From NCBI RefSeq assembly GCF_037042905.1, contig NC_087245.1, positions 10,418,001-10,482,000 of the forward strand: DNA of 64,000 nucleotides, written 5' to 3'. The notes beneath the pieces were generated by a model, which was not told where the DNA came from, made no database searches, and saw nothing but the letters and a program-made list of their open reading frames with translations. The DNA is from Lytechinus pictus (taxonomy: Eukaryota). Made by a program: the position numbers and the translations under genes. This document shows, one piece after another, positions 1-12,930 of the stretch; position 1 is the first letter of the stretch, and each line of letters opens with the position of its first letter.

Positions 1-2572
1 TGGATGCAAGTAGAAGGTTCTCTCTTTTGGCAGGTTGCAGATCTCTAATTGGGATTAAGATGTTTTGAGTTTTGATGATGGGAGGACATCTCCAGTAATG
101 ACTTGATCGGTCCTTTGATGTCATGGTCTACGTAAAAACTCGGCCTCGTCAGATGCAACAATCATCTATAACCCGATCCATTATAATTTTTGTTGGCATC
201 TTAAACCAGCATGCTGGGGTTTGAGTTTATTTTTTCATTTTTTTTCAAATGTATTTTTTTTTTAAATTGTTAATGATGGGATGATGATACTGATGTACGT
301 ATGCTATTATTCTATTATCATCATTTGTACTTTTAATGTCATCACTCTTTTGTTATTTTTCTTTTAGCAATATAATTATCATTATTTTCGTAGTGCGATT
401 GTTATCATCTTTAAGAGATACTTCGGGGAAGCAACAAAAAAATAATCAAAAAACAGCTCGCAAGAAAGAAGCTAAAAGAGGACAAATGAAGGATACATAT
501 AAAAATAATACAAATTCATTCGTATTTTACTGTTGAAACTATATCAAATCGTAATACGCCTTGTATAAAAATAGTAACAAAACCAATTGACTATTGTGGG
601 GTCGTTCACAAAATTAAAACAGAAAAAAAAAATCAGAAGCAAATCTCAAATGTGCACTTGTGATTGGTTGAAAATGAAGTTTGGTTTAATAGAATTGCGT
701 TCCTCTTTCACTTTGGTCATGAAGTAGTCAGGCAAATGAACTCCTACATTATTATCTTTGATCCCAAACAATATCTCTGCTTTCATCACGGCATACCTTC
801 TCAGCATGATATCAGTCATCAATGCGTAGGTGGGCTCGATAAAGTGACCCTATAGTCTTCTAGAATTTAAACCTGTCTATTTTCATCTAGTCGAAATAGA
901 TTTGACACTGACCTGAAATGACCCCACCCCAACTAGACTCTTCTCCCTGGGGATAGTTCAAAATTAACTTAAAGGAAATAAATGTTAAAAACTGATTGGG
1001 TTTAAGATCAATGCGTAACACTACAAAATAATGTTTCTTTATTGTTTAATAATTGTTAAAAATCTCCTCCGTTCCGCTTAATTTCTGTTCATTAATTTGC
1101 TCTGTACGAGAGGAAAACAATTTTGATAATTATATAATATGGGCTCTTTATCATTTAAAGATGTATTGTTAATTCAGGGTTAAATAGGATTACTTTCGGT
1201 TGAATATAATAAACAAATATCCCAATTTGTTCTGTTGTTCAGGTGGAACGATTTATAGATAAACTCCTTTAAATGGTTGGAATGTGTGAGACTGATAATA
1301 AGATAAAGCGAAGACAATTCTTAAATATGTGTATGTATGGGCAGGTAACGAAGTTGGGACCATGTACTCCATATTTATTTTGAACCTTTCCAATAACACG
1401 AAAGGAGTCATGGGTATTATGTTGGTGCCACACTGTGGGTCATCCAAGGACTCAACTAAGACAGGTGTATAAATTGTTCCACCTTGTTTGATTTTAGACA
1501 AGTTTGTCACCCATGCTGGAGTGCAGTATCACCCTGGGGTACATCCATGTTAAGCTCCTAATGGGGAAAATGTAATAAAGCAAATGAAAGGGCATAATTT
1601 ACCTAGAGGGGTTCTTGAGATTCAGACTGCAGAGATGTCAAAATATTCGTAACAAGTTGTTAACATGGTTAAAAATGTCTTCATATGATCAACAACATGT
1701 GAAACTAGGACACAACGAATGTGCCAAAGATGGGCCATACTTTATATCGTTTTACCATATAAATTTATTTCAATCAGTGCTTGGCAACGCGACTGAAAAT
1801 TTCCTTAGCTGATATTTTGGGGGGAGGGGGGTTAAAAATTGGTTCTTTTGAATGGACCAATGAATTTGTGACCCCTTTCAGCTCATATCGTTCCATTGTA
1901 CAGAAATAATAAATTCCCTTAAAGCTCAAGCAACTCGTGGAGGTTCAGAGATGACCCCATGCATTCCTTGAACCTCCTCGTACCCTCGCCCATGGTGTCA
2001 GCTTGTAGTGTTTTGATGTGGACCGCGCTGGCAGAAGAAGCTGTCAAATTATCCATGTCACAGCATGTCATATTTTACCAATTAATTAGATTCGCAGGGT
2101 TGACAAATTTTGGGAAGAGGTGAGGAGAAATGTTGATCAGCTGGTCTGCTGTTATACTAACCCACAGAGGGTGGCATGTTGTCTTGTTTTCCAGACTCTT
2201 CTTAGACTTTGTTTTACCTGATGGTCAATGATGGTGTATCGTAAAAGGTGACAAGTGGAACGTTTTATAACATGCTTTATGAAGTGATTTCGGTGCAAAG
2301 CATGGATCACTTTAATCTATATTCATATTCATTGCTTCTTAAACTGTAGTGATATAAGGCCTATATTCTTGTTTATTTCAATCCACGTTTATGTCTTTAT
2401 TATAAAAATCTCATGGTTATTCTGAACATAAATAATTAAGATCTACATGTGTTTTTGGTCATAAAAAACATATCCAAAGATATAGAAATATATCACAGTA
2501 ATAATGACAAATAGTTTTAACAATAATAATGATGATGATATAAATGATATTAATAAAAACTGTACTAAGTTT

Positions 2573-2640
2573 ACTATACTACTATTACTACTACTACTAC
2601 TACTACTAATAATAATAATAATAATAATATTAATAATAAT
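2573..2640. repeat. (TAC)n/(TAA)n microsatellite
   Basis: Directly visible. Confidence 0.9.
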
Positions 2641-3789
2641 CCTTCTATAAATGATCATAGTAACAAACATCATCATAATGATAATGGTTAACATGGTAAA
2701 AATAAAAATAATGATAATAACAGCGATATAAAATATGGTGTTCGTTGTTTATATGTCCTTACAATAAAAAATACAATTACTTTCAGCATAAGATATGAAC
2801 ATAGTATACACTATCACATTTGCTTACCCGTTTTTTAACTAAATGTTATAATCAATATGTTGTTAAATGGTATATCTACTTATTTCATCTTGAAGAATGT
2901 AGATTAACTTGTTTGGTGATGTCCTTTTTTTTATGTCAAACAATAGGTTTTCGGTTAATCTTTCGATATCTCCTTCTCCTCTATATCATCTATTTGGTAT
3001 ATATCATGTCCCCTCTTCATTGAGCTTTTTTATTCTTCACGCAACTTCCCTAATTTTCCTCACGTTTGATATCACATACAACACGATTTTAATCCTAGTT
3101 TTTAATACATACGTGTGGTCGGGATTCCTAAAGTGGTATCACTGTTATCAGCACATATCTATGCTTTTAATCCCATGCACGTTTTTCCTACTTCATACGT
3201 TCACTTGGTTCCGCTTCTTCATGTCCATTTTTACTCAAGCTTAGTCAACAAATATTTGTCATTATCCAAGACTCACTAGACCTCTCCATTTTCCCAACCC
3301 TCCCTTTCATCTACATAAAATATTAAAGACTGAAAATAAGAAGCGATTCTGACAAGGGCTTCCTTAAGACAAATGAGTCACAAGAGGCTAACATAGCGCT
3401 TTCTTGTCACGTACCATCTAGCGGCCTAAGAATATGCCTCAAATTTTACATGCATGTTATACATGAATTTTAATGGAAAGTGCATAAACGGAGCTGAGCA
3501 TTTGGTAACGTTGCCGACAGAATGATCTATGTGACATTTTAAGTCATTTGTTCATGTTGGTAGTGGTTTATAGTAACAAGGCAGATGGCCTACAGCTAAA
3601 ATTAGGAAGATGTAAGAGATAAGGGAAGAGCATGTAAGATGAAGGTAGGTTGAAATATAAGAAATGCATATGATTAGGGAAGGGCGAGGCAATGGAGAAG
3701 AGAATGATGTGAAGAGAGATGGGAAGAGCATGGAACAGATAGGAATCAGAATACAGAGTGATAGAAGAGAGCACAAGAAAGAAAGGTAG

Positions 3790-3980
3790 AAAGAGAGAGA
3801 GAGAGAGAGAGAGTAGTAGTACATGTAGTATTAGTAATAGTAGTAATAGTAGTAGTATAGTAGTATAGTAGTAAAAGTAGCAGCAGCAGTAGTAGTAGAA
3901 GAAGTAGCAGTAGAAGAAGTAGTAGTAGTATTAGTAGTAGTAGTTGTAATAGTAATAGTAGCGTCAGTAATAGAGGTAGT
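3790..3980. repeat. (GA)n plus (GTA/GCA)n microsatellite
   Basis: Directly visible. Confidence 0.9.
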
Positions 3981-4095
3981 AAAAATTGAACCATATAAAT
4001 TCGTTCCTCGAAAACTCGTAATAATTATGAATGTTGTATAAAGAGTAAAGCGACAATATTGATGTATACTGTAATGTCATTGCATATGATACTAT

Positions 4096-5056
4096 ACAAA
4101 TATATCAGGCTTTGAGAAAGTATAGTGGGAATTATTTATCCGATGTTGGACTCACTATTTTCTCAGAGGGGCGAAGACCCGATGAAAAATAGTTATTATT
4201 GCCAGTCCAACCGAGGATTAATAATTCCCACTATGCTTTCGAAGGAAACGCCTGATATATTTGTTTTATATCCCTTTTTAACTTGTAGACGTAGTCCTTG
4301 CTGATACGTAACCAACCTAGACCAATCCTCACGTTGCCGAACCTAGTCCTACAATGTAGGCCTGTCGAGCTCATGCTAACCAGTTCTTGTGTAAACTGCG
4401 CGCGGCCTCTACCCGACTGCAGTTAATGAGAGGTCCGCTGCGCCGCTGTAGTTGACTCAAAATCAAATTGTAAACGCGCAGGCTAAGTAAACGGATCTTG
4501 ACTCACCTTGTATAATTTGAATGATCCTGTATGAAAGGCCGTCATGGAATTAAATTTTATGCATGATAATCGAGACCCGGGGAGCGTTTCATGAAAGGAC
4601 TTGTCGGACGTTTGATCCGACAAGTCCCATTTTATCCGACAGTTACCATAGTAACAGTACCTCTCAGCCAATCAACATCAGAGAAAGATGTCAGATCTGA
4701 CAACTTGTCGGATGAAAATGTTAATGAAACACTCCCCAGATTCCACACATTTTTTTTCTGATTGTCGGTAAGTAATTTGAGCGATAGCTTGTATTTTATT
4801 TTGTTTATTAATTTTTGCGGATATCGGGATAGGGAGCTTTCGCAGTTCAACGTTGAGGGGGAAAATATCGAGCATGAGCATGCGCAGTTCTCCCCATGAT
4901 AGTATATCGAAAAATATACGGAGATAGTTCTAAGAAAACTATACGGAGCTATTTGCAGCGATGTGCTTTCCTATTGAAATTATACTTTGTCACATTATCG
5001 CGAATTGACCAATCGTTTATCTAGAATACTCATGAATATTCATGAGAGGGATATAA
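4096..5056. mobile_element. Non-autonomous element with a roughly 170-bp 5' hairpin and a short bracketing inverted repeat; family uncertain
   Basis: Nested inverted repeats 4097-4263 (caaatatatcaggc/gcctgatatatttg, tagtgggaattatt/aataattcccacta, ttggact/agtccaa) with apex gggcgaagaccc. ttatatccct (4266) pairs with agggatataa (5047). Confidence 0.55.
4579..4737. mobile_element. PIF/Harbinger-like MITE nested in the previous element
   Basis: TIR ggggagcgtttcat / atgaaacactcccc; internal ttgtcgga/tccgacaa repeats. Confidence 0.7.
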
Positions 5057-5067
5057 CTTATATATTA

Positions 5068-5351
5068 TGGCCCGTATTCTGAAGTCGGGTTTAACCATAG
5101 AGTTATGGGTTTAACTTAGAACACGGTCTAACTCTGTGCTAAAATTATGGGGAGCCAAAAAATAAAAAAAATCTGTTTATATTTTATATGTTTACTACTT
5201 TGTTTCCTTTTGCTTTCATGATGAGGAAAAATGCTTCAAAATACTTAAGTTATTATTCCCAGACAATTGTGAACAATGTGGGTGTCATAATATGAGTTAA
5301 TAAATGGGATGTGTCCTGTTAGGGATTTGTGCCCCAATTCGCTCTCACAAC
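5068..5351. mobile_element. Truncated Harbinger-like MITE, interrupted by the LINE 3' tail
   Basis: Starts tggcccgtattctgaagtcggg (Harbinger-type terminus); no matching right TIR visible. Confidence 0.45.
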
Positions 5352-6835
5352 TTTATTTATTTATTTTATTTATTTATTTATTGGTATATATGCACATAAA
5401 AATTGACCAGCAGCACAAGCTGAAAGGGTCAATTTACAAAAATTCATGAAGTAGAATATACAAATATAACAAAGCAAATGAATAAAAACGTAATTAAAGT
5501 ATTCTACGTCAAAACTTATCTCCAATTAAAAGATGTATCTCATAAATAAAAGTTTGAGAAAGAGATAAATAAGCAAAAGGGAGGAGGGAGAGAGAAGAAG
5601 AGAGAGAGAAATGAGAGTAATGGAAAGAGAGAGAGGGAGAGAGGGAGTATGTCCTCCAAATAGAAAGAGAAAATTGAGTGAGGTAGAGAGAAAAACAAAA
5701 AGTGGTGAAGAAGTGGAGAGTGACATGGAGAACATAGAAGCCAAAATACTGTCAATTATGATTGACACTACATAAAAATATGAATATCCTATATGAGATA
5801 CAAAATGATTTATATATTATATAAATAGATTCAACATAAGAATAAGTAGTATAATACATTTTAGCAAGACAATAACTGTAATAATTTCAAATTTTCCATG
5901 TACGTAGGCCTAACCTACAAAAAACCGATAGAAAGCTAAAGAAAGGAAAAAAGAAAGAAAGAGGATCAGACAAGAAAATAAAAAGAGAAAAGTGTAAGGG
6001 ATAGGACTCAAATAGGTAAGGAAAATAGTACTATAGGAAAGGGAAAGAAAGAGGAAAGAGGGAGAAAAAAATAAGGTAAGAGAGTAAGTTTACATTGTAA
6101 CAACACTAACAAAAAAAGGAGACAGAAGGATTGTGGGCTGAAATGGTGACAAGGAATGGCTATATAATCAAAATACAGGAATTGCGGAAAACTACTTCAA
6201 ACTCTTTGCAAGGTGAGGAATGGTGGATTTACGGTATCTTTCAGTATTGCATTTGATTGTGGGGAAACCAGTCATGTTGCGTAATTGTCTAGTACAAGAA
6301 ATGGACCTTGGTGTTGGAAGTAGGTGTTTATGATGATCAGAGTTCATCAATTTCTGTCCAAAGTTAAATAAAAGTGAATCCCTTCTGGAAGATAGTGAAG
6401 TGAGTTTGCTAATTACCAGAGCATCAGAGTAATGAATGTCATATCCTACAATTATACCCTCTGTGACTTGTTGGATACAGCACAACATTCGTGGTACTGA
6501 TGATTTGCTGGAATAGATAGATTATGTTCATATAATGGGACATATATCTTTTGGCCATTATTATCAGGAGTTGGGCCAGGGTTAGGGTCAACATCGCCAC
6601 ATCCTATGAGAGATACCTGGAAAGTTGATGTACAGTTGGAGTAATATGGTATATGTGCGCCAAAGTATTTGAGCTTTACTTTAGTCACAGGGATTGCATT
6701 GCCACATCCATGATGAAGGGTATTGTGAACACAATAATGGTCTTCCCATTGATTCAGGAGGGGAAATAAAGATAAAGTCAAACTAATAAGAGTTAAATAC
6801 CTCAACAAGTCCATTGTCATCGTAGAGCTCCTTTC
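5352..6835 (-). mobile_element. Internally deleted non-LTR retrotransposon (CR1/L2/Crack group) with 2A-like peptide
   Basis: (TAAA)n tail at 5352-5382 preceded by a stem-loop at 5400-5435. ORF 6192-6488 resembles the C-terminal end of a LINE ORF2 (II...YSDAL...L..L..RR..L...F...TERYRKSTIP). ORF 6452-6820 carries GDVDPNPGP. Confidence 0.75.
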
Positions 6836-9570
6836 ACATCAGGGTTTAATATAAACTCGAGTTTTAGGTTACAAGATTACACGATCAAAATGATGCATTC
6901 TGGGTAAGAAACGGGCAATATTTGAACATTAATAACTCAAACTGATGACTGTGGCACTTTGCACATAGCTTTAGAAACTTATTCATCAGTAAGTTACTTT
7001 GCTATCTACAGTACTATCCCGAAAGCAATGTACATGCTTTCCCACATTGATTACCCTAAACAAATATCATGCATGTAATAAATACAATGTTCAAACAAAA
7101 ATACACAAAACAAGTTATACAGAACAGAGATAAAAGCAATTTCATTTGATTGCAAGTCCATTACATATTGCACCATCTTTCTAAATCGAGACATGTACGT
7201 GTCACTATGAATACTCAGAACTGATAAAGAATGCATTCTATCTCTAGTTTGTCTGAAGACTTGGAAATCACCAGAATAAGATTGCATGCACTGGAATTGG
7301 ATTTTCTAATGCTTCTATGTTGAGCTTTCTCCAATTTCCATTGCCCCATTCCCTAATCAGCCATCCTCTTGTACATCTCGGTTTAAACGTAATCGAAATG
7401 CCCACAATGTATCCAGGATGAGCCTCTTCTTTTGCCCATTTCACATGGGAAAATTAATCGTAGTTCAATGCCTTAATTGTGAGACAGACAATTTTGCCGT
7501 TGTGCTGAATGATGTTTGTGGAACAAACATCTTATATTACCAATTCTTACATGTATTAGTAGATAAGTATTAAAGGTAAGGGTGCATAAATCACGACGTA
7601 GAACATCTTCAAAAGGATCAACTATAAGTGCAATTCTTATTAAATCATTTTACACTATGTTTCATTGGTGTGCAACTCAAAAACATGTGAATAGAAAAGG
7701 GTGAATCGAGTTGACCTTACAATAAAACCGATTGTTTTTAAGAGAGTAGTGCATTTTATATTATGACTTAGAAGGTTTTTTAATAAGTCTGTCATGAATA
7801 CCATTCATATACAGGCTGTGATCCGTATTTAAAAACAAGAAAATGAATTCCAGAAATCTTTAATTTGAAAGAACGACGTCTTTTATGAAAAAAATGAAAT
7901 TCCATATTTATTTTCAAAGCAATCTATTACCAAACTAAGAATCCTGGATAATACAACAATTTACTTTTTTTCACAGCATCATTATTAATAGCATGCAGAG
8001 GTACAGAATGATTATCTTTTGGATGTAAAGTGAGTATTGTCTGTTAGCTTCAAGCCATAGATTCGTGAAATGAGAATGCGTCTGCTTGGCGCCTCGGCTC
8101 GGTTTGTTTCTCACTTATTGACGTTAAACGGTGATGTATCTTGGTCGCTTCAAACTCTGAATTTCAATCAAGTTGAACTCTATCAGCACTCAAAAACACT
8201 TCAAGCATCCATGCTTTTTCTTACCTCTCATTTTTGTATTTTGTTTTAATGTCTCCATTTGTCTGATTACCACCCCCTTTATCATTATGTTAATGGTGTT
8301 TTTCATCTTTCGTTTGCTACTACGTCTCATAACATTTATCCTATGTACTTGTAAATGCATATCATTGTGATGCTACTACAAAAAAATGCAGTACAATTTA
8401 ATGCAACATCGTATTAATTGGTAACTCAATATTGTCTTTATCTCCTCCATTCCTTCTTCTTATTCATCATATTGATTTTTGATAATGCAATATTACATGC
8501 TTCATAAACTGTTGCTCGCATTTATTGCCACAATTTTAATGAGGAATTTAATCATATTCCCATCAGTAAAACAATTTCGGGTTCGAATTCTAAACTGCAT
8601 AGATAAGAAATGAAATTAAAATAAAATCATTTATCAATATACATAGATTTGCGAACATCCCCACCCTCACATACATAATACACTCACAGCTAAATAATAA
8701 TATATTCAAGCTGGCTTAAGCAAAATTTTTGTGAAAAAGCTATACTGAATATAGTAAAGCTCTGTATAGCTTATCAAGAACAATAATCAAAGAGTTGGGG
8801 GAATATCAAATTTTCTCATGTTCAGAAAAATATGGAAATTGTATCATGAACCATGGTCGTATAGTGTGGACGATTAAGCCATAAATAATAGCAAAGCTAA
8901 AAATTTGCTACATTAACTAACTTTGAGTTACTTCTGTGTGTATTCGGGCAGTGCTATAATTATTGAAAGTTGAACATGCAGTGAGGCTGAGGGCATTGTA
9001 AGATTTAATATTAAGACGTTCAATATGGATATTGAGGGAGAGCACAACTTACTCATCGAGGGCTAGGGGGCAGTGGAATAGCATTTCTTTTCATCTTAAC
9101 CCCGTTCAAACATGCCGCTGTCATTTCTTTTCTTTGTCTCTCTTAATGAGAGGCCTAGGGGGTGGTGTAGAGATTTGATATCAAAATAGGAGATGAAGAT
9201 ATTGATATGACGATGTGCATTCTGTATGTCTGCCATCAAGAGGGCAAAATGAGGCTTGAAGATTGATGTTAGCCTGTTGCCCAGACGTCAACTCAAATAT
9301 TATGAAGTATTACTATAAAATTTAGGCTTCTGATTTTCGTTTTAATTTTCAAACACTATCGAGCATTGTGATCAATGTTCACCATACTTTTGTTTAATTT
9401 TTAGAACAACGTTCCCCAAAATTGGAACAACTAATTTACGTTCCTCAATTTACCATTCCTTCTCTGTAATCTTTTTTTATTTTTCTATCAACAGTTTCGA
9501 GACACTTAAATCTACCCTCGCCATCTTTTCTATATTCCTTTCACTTCCTGTACCTCGATACACTTTTTAA

Positions 9571-10115
9571 AGGTCAAGTCCATCCCAGAAAAAAGTTGAT
9601 TTGAATAAACAGAGAAAAATCAAACAAGAAAAATGCTGAAAACTTCATCAAAATCGGATGGAAAATAAGAAAGTTATGACATTTTAAAGTGTCGCTTATT
9701 TTTCAAAAAACAGTTCTATGCTCAACTCAGTGATATGCAAATGAGAGAGTCGATGATGTCACTCACTCACTATTTCTTTTGTTTTTTTTATTGTTTGAAT
9801 TATACAATATTTTATTTTTAACGGATTTGGAAATTATGACCATCTCGTTTGAACCACAAAATGTTAAAACGATAGAATTCCACATGTTCAGGGAGGAATG
9901 AAAAATGTTCTGCATGACAATGAGGAGAAAATTCAAATATTTCATATTTCATATAATTAAATACAAAAGAAATAGTGAGTGGGTGATGTCATCGGTCCCC
10001 TCATTTGCATACTGACCTTATTTCAGATCCGATTTTGATGAAATTTTCAGTGTTATCCTTGTTTGATTTTTCTCTTTCTATTCAAACCATCTTTTTGTTG
10101 GGGTAGACTTGTCCT
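9571..10115. mobile_element. TTAA-flanked MITE (Kolobok/T2-like), copy 1
   Basis: TTAA|AGGTCAAGTCCA...TAGACTTGTCCT|TTAA; long imperfect palindrome; homologous to 21810 and 24887. Confidence 0.85.
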
Positions 10116-10513
10116 TTAAGGTAAGGACTATACATGTGTTGGTGTGAAACTAGACTTATCCCACTGCAACCAACTCTAGTCTCAAAACGATTGACACTTC
10201 CTCAAATACGCCAATCAGTTCATTCAACTTTTTAGGGGGAACATGATTTGTATTGAAGAATACATTCTTCATTGAAAAATAGTCGTTAAACTTTACTCTC
10301 CAACATTAAAATATTTCATCCTTGGCTTAACTTTTCAAAAGATGATTTAAGCCCGTTTAATAATGTTTCAGAATCAGCTTTCAAATTAGTGGATGTACAC
10401 TTAGTAAACTTTAATTTTGTGTTGATTTCATAAAGAAACAGGTGAAATGAAGGCTTAAAATACTTTCATCAGTTCAAGCCTCCATTTTGCTTAAAGAAAT
10501 CGATTAATTTTTA

Positions 10514-11023
10514 GGGTTACACTTCGTAATTCCGAAGGTTGTTTATTCCAAAGGTTCGTAACAAAGGTCCGAAACACGTAAATTGCCTATACCTCGATGT
10601 TTGTTAATCCGAAAACGTAACAGGGTTCGTTAATCCGAAAACGAAATAAGGTTCGATGTTCCGAAGGTTCGTTAGTCCGAAAACGAAATAAGGTTCGTTG
10701 TTCCGAAGGTTCGTTAATCCGAAAACGAAATAAGGTTTGTTGTTCCGAAGGTTCGTTAGTCCGAAAACGAAATAAGGTTCGTTAATCATTACGTTTTCGG
10801 ACTAACGAACCTTCGGAATTACGAACCTTATTTCGTTTTCGGATTAACGAATCTTCGGATTTACGAACCTCATTTCGTTTTCGGATTGACGAACCTTCGG
10901 AATTACGAACCTTATTTCGTTTTCGGATTAACGAACCTTCGCAATTACGAATCTTCGGAATTACGAACCTTCGGAAATACGATCCTTCGGAATAACGAAG
11001 CTTCGGAATTACGAATGTATGCG
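10514..11023. mobile_element. Foldback-type element built from inverted arrays of a 42-bp unit
   Basis: Left arm has repeats of ggttcgttaatccgaaaacgaaataaggttcgttgttccgaa; the right arm is its reverse complement; centre at about 10787; flanks ttttta/tttttg. Confidence 0.8.
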
Positions 11024-12930
11024 TTTTTGGTTCTGGCTCTGATTTCCCCTTTGCTCTTTTTTCATCCTCTTTCACTCAGCTTTCCCCCATCTCCTGTATA
11101 TACCAACAGAACAATTCAGTCAAGCGTTGATATAGCACGACAATGTTCTTTACTTACCAACATGTTTTTTTTTTATTCAAGGGAATGTTTGACATAACTT
11201 GAACAGCAGATCTGGGGATGGTTTTACAAAACTACTTGCTTGCGACTATTATGGGAACGATTGAAAAATCGCTCACAGAATTGTGAATACTGATGATAGG
11301 AAATGTCGGTAATAAAGAAAAAAAACAAAAACAATGGTAGAAATTTTCGCTGTAAACCAACATTTTAAGGGGAATGTTTGTTTTGCCTCAGTACTGATAA
11401 ACTAATCAATCGTCATATCTTGTAAATACATCAGGGAGCTTAAACTTCTGGCTTTCACTTTGGAAACTTCGGCTGTAAAGTCACGAACAGTTTTACGAAC
11501 AGTTTTATAAAATATTATACGTCTTGGTACGAATCACAGACAGATTGAGAACCCCAGAGGCAGGGCTTTATCATGGAGTTCATTGAACTTGAAGTTGTGT
11601 CTGGGAATTCACAGAAAGGTAGGGGTTGTGGATGGGGACTGGAGGTCAAAGAGGAGGAATATGCCTTGCAAATTGTAAGAGTAGAAAAAAGGAAAGAAAG
11701 TAGGAATAGAGAGGGGGTGGAAACAGACAAACATTACATAATTATGGGAAAGCAAGAGAAATGAGCCTCCTACAATCGTGTACAGGGGATATGAGGAAGA
11801 AAGAAGAATAATGTCTTCGCAGGGGAGTTTATAAGGGAAACAAAGTTCAATATATATATATGTAAATAGAATGTTAGCATTTTAAGAATCGATAGAAAAG
11901 AACTTCCATTATTAGGCTAATTGGGAAGATTTGCCAATGGGATTGGCTGGGATGGGGGGGGGGGGAGGAAGAAAAAAAAAGAAATTTATCAGACTTACAG
12001 AATATGTATATGAAAATTGGGCAAAATGTAGGAATTTTGAACGAGGAAAAAAAAAGGGGTGAAAGAAGGAGGTGAAGAGAAAATAGGGAGATTGAAGAGA
12101 AAGGAAGTTGCGGAAGTTTGGCCCACATGATTGGTATTATTTGAGGATTATGTTTTCATTGCTGATTTCAACCAAGAACCCCCAGGGTTATATACTAAGC
12201 GCTCTGCTAATTGAGCCTTGTGAACTGAGCAAACAAAGCGAAGAATGAGCGGGAGTAAAAGCCCAGAAGGGGGTTACTGAAGAACATTCATTATTTTCAT
12301 ATGACATGAAAAGGTTCAATTAATACATAGTTGTTAAGTGTTCATTTTACCCTTAACACATACTTTATATAGGGAATTGTTATGTGTTGATCGTGTGCGC
12401 CTATGAACTTACAAACTGATTCAGAAATCCGTGGTTCGAAAAAAAAACACCACCCCTCCCTCAAACAGTCTTATCCCAAACGGATGGGACAAGCCTTGCT
12501 AATAATCTTCACTAAAATGTTCGAAAATAATGATGTTAAAATGTATTTCATGGTATTTTGTACGTTGTGTTAGTATCGCACCAATTGTAAACCAGCTACC
12601 ACTATCCACTATGTCCACCTGTAATCTTCTTCCATATCGACCTGCTTACCACCCAATCAGCTCATCTAAATCCCTACCTATCCCTAGTTCATGATCTACT
12701 TCAATCTCCTAATCAAATTTGCAAAGATTGAAAGTATGATATTACATATACCTAGAGAAATCTTCAAATCCCTATGCATTGACATGTTATACTTGAATGT
12801 CCACTCACTGAGTATATATCATATCACAACCCGTCTGTATTTCATATTCCACGGGAAGCCGTTTCCAAAATCATGAAAATAAAAGTATCAAATTGTTTAA
12901 GCGTGATAAAGACAGGTGAAAACGTTTTAA

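Noticed and set aside
10600..10960. CRISPR-like regularly spaced repeats
   Set aside because: No unique spacers, the array inverts at its centre, the context is eukaryotic, and there are no cas genes; it is a foldback transposon
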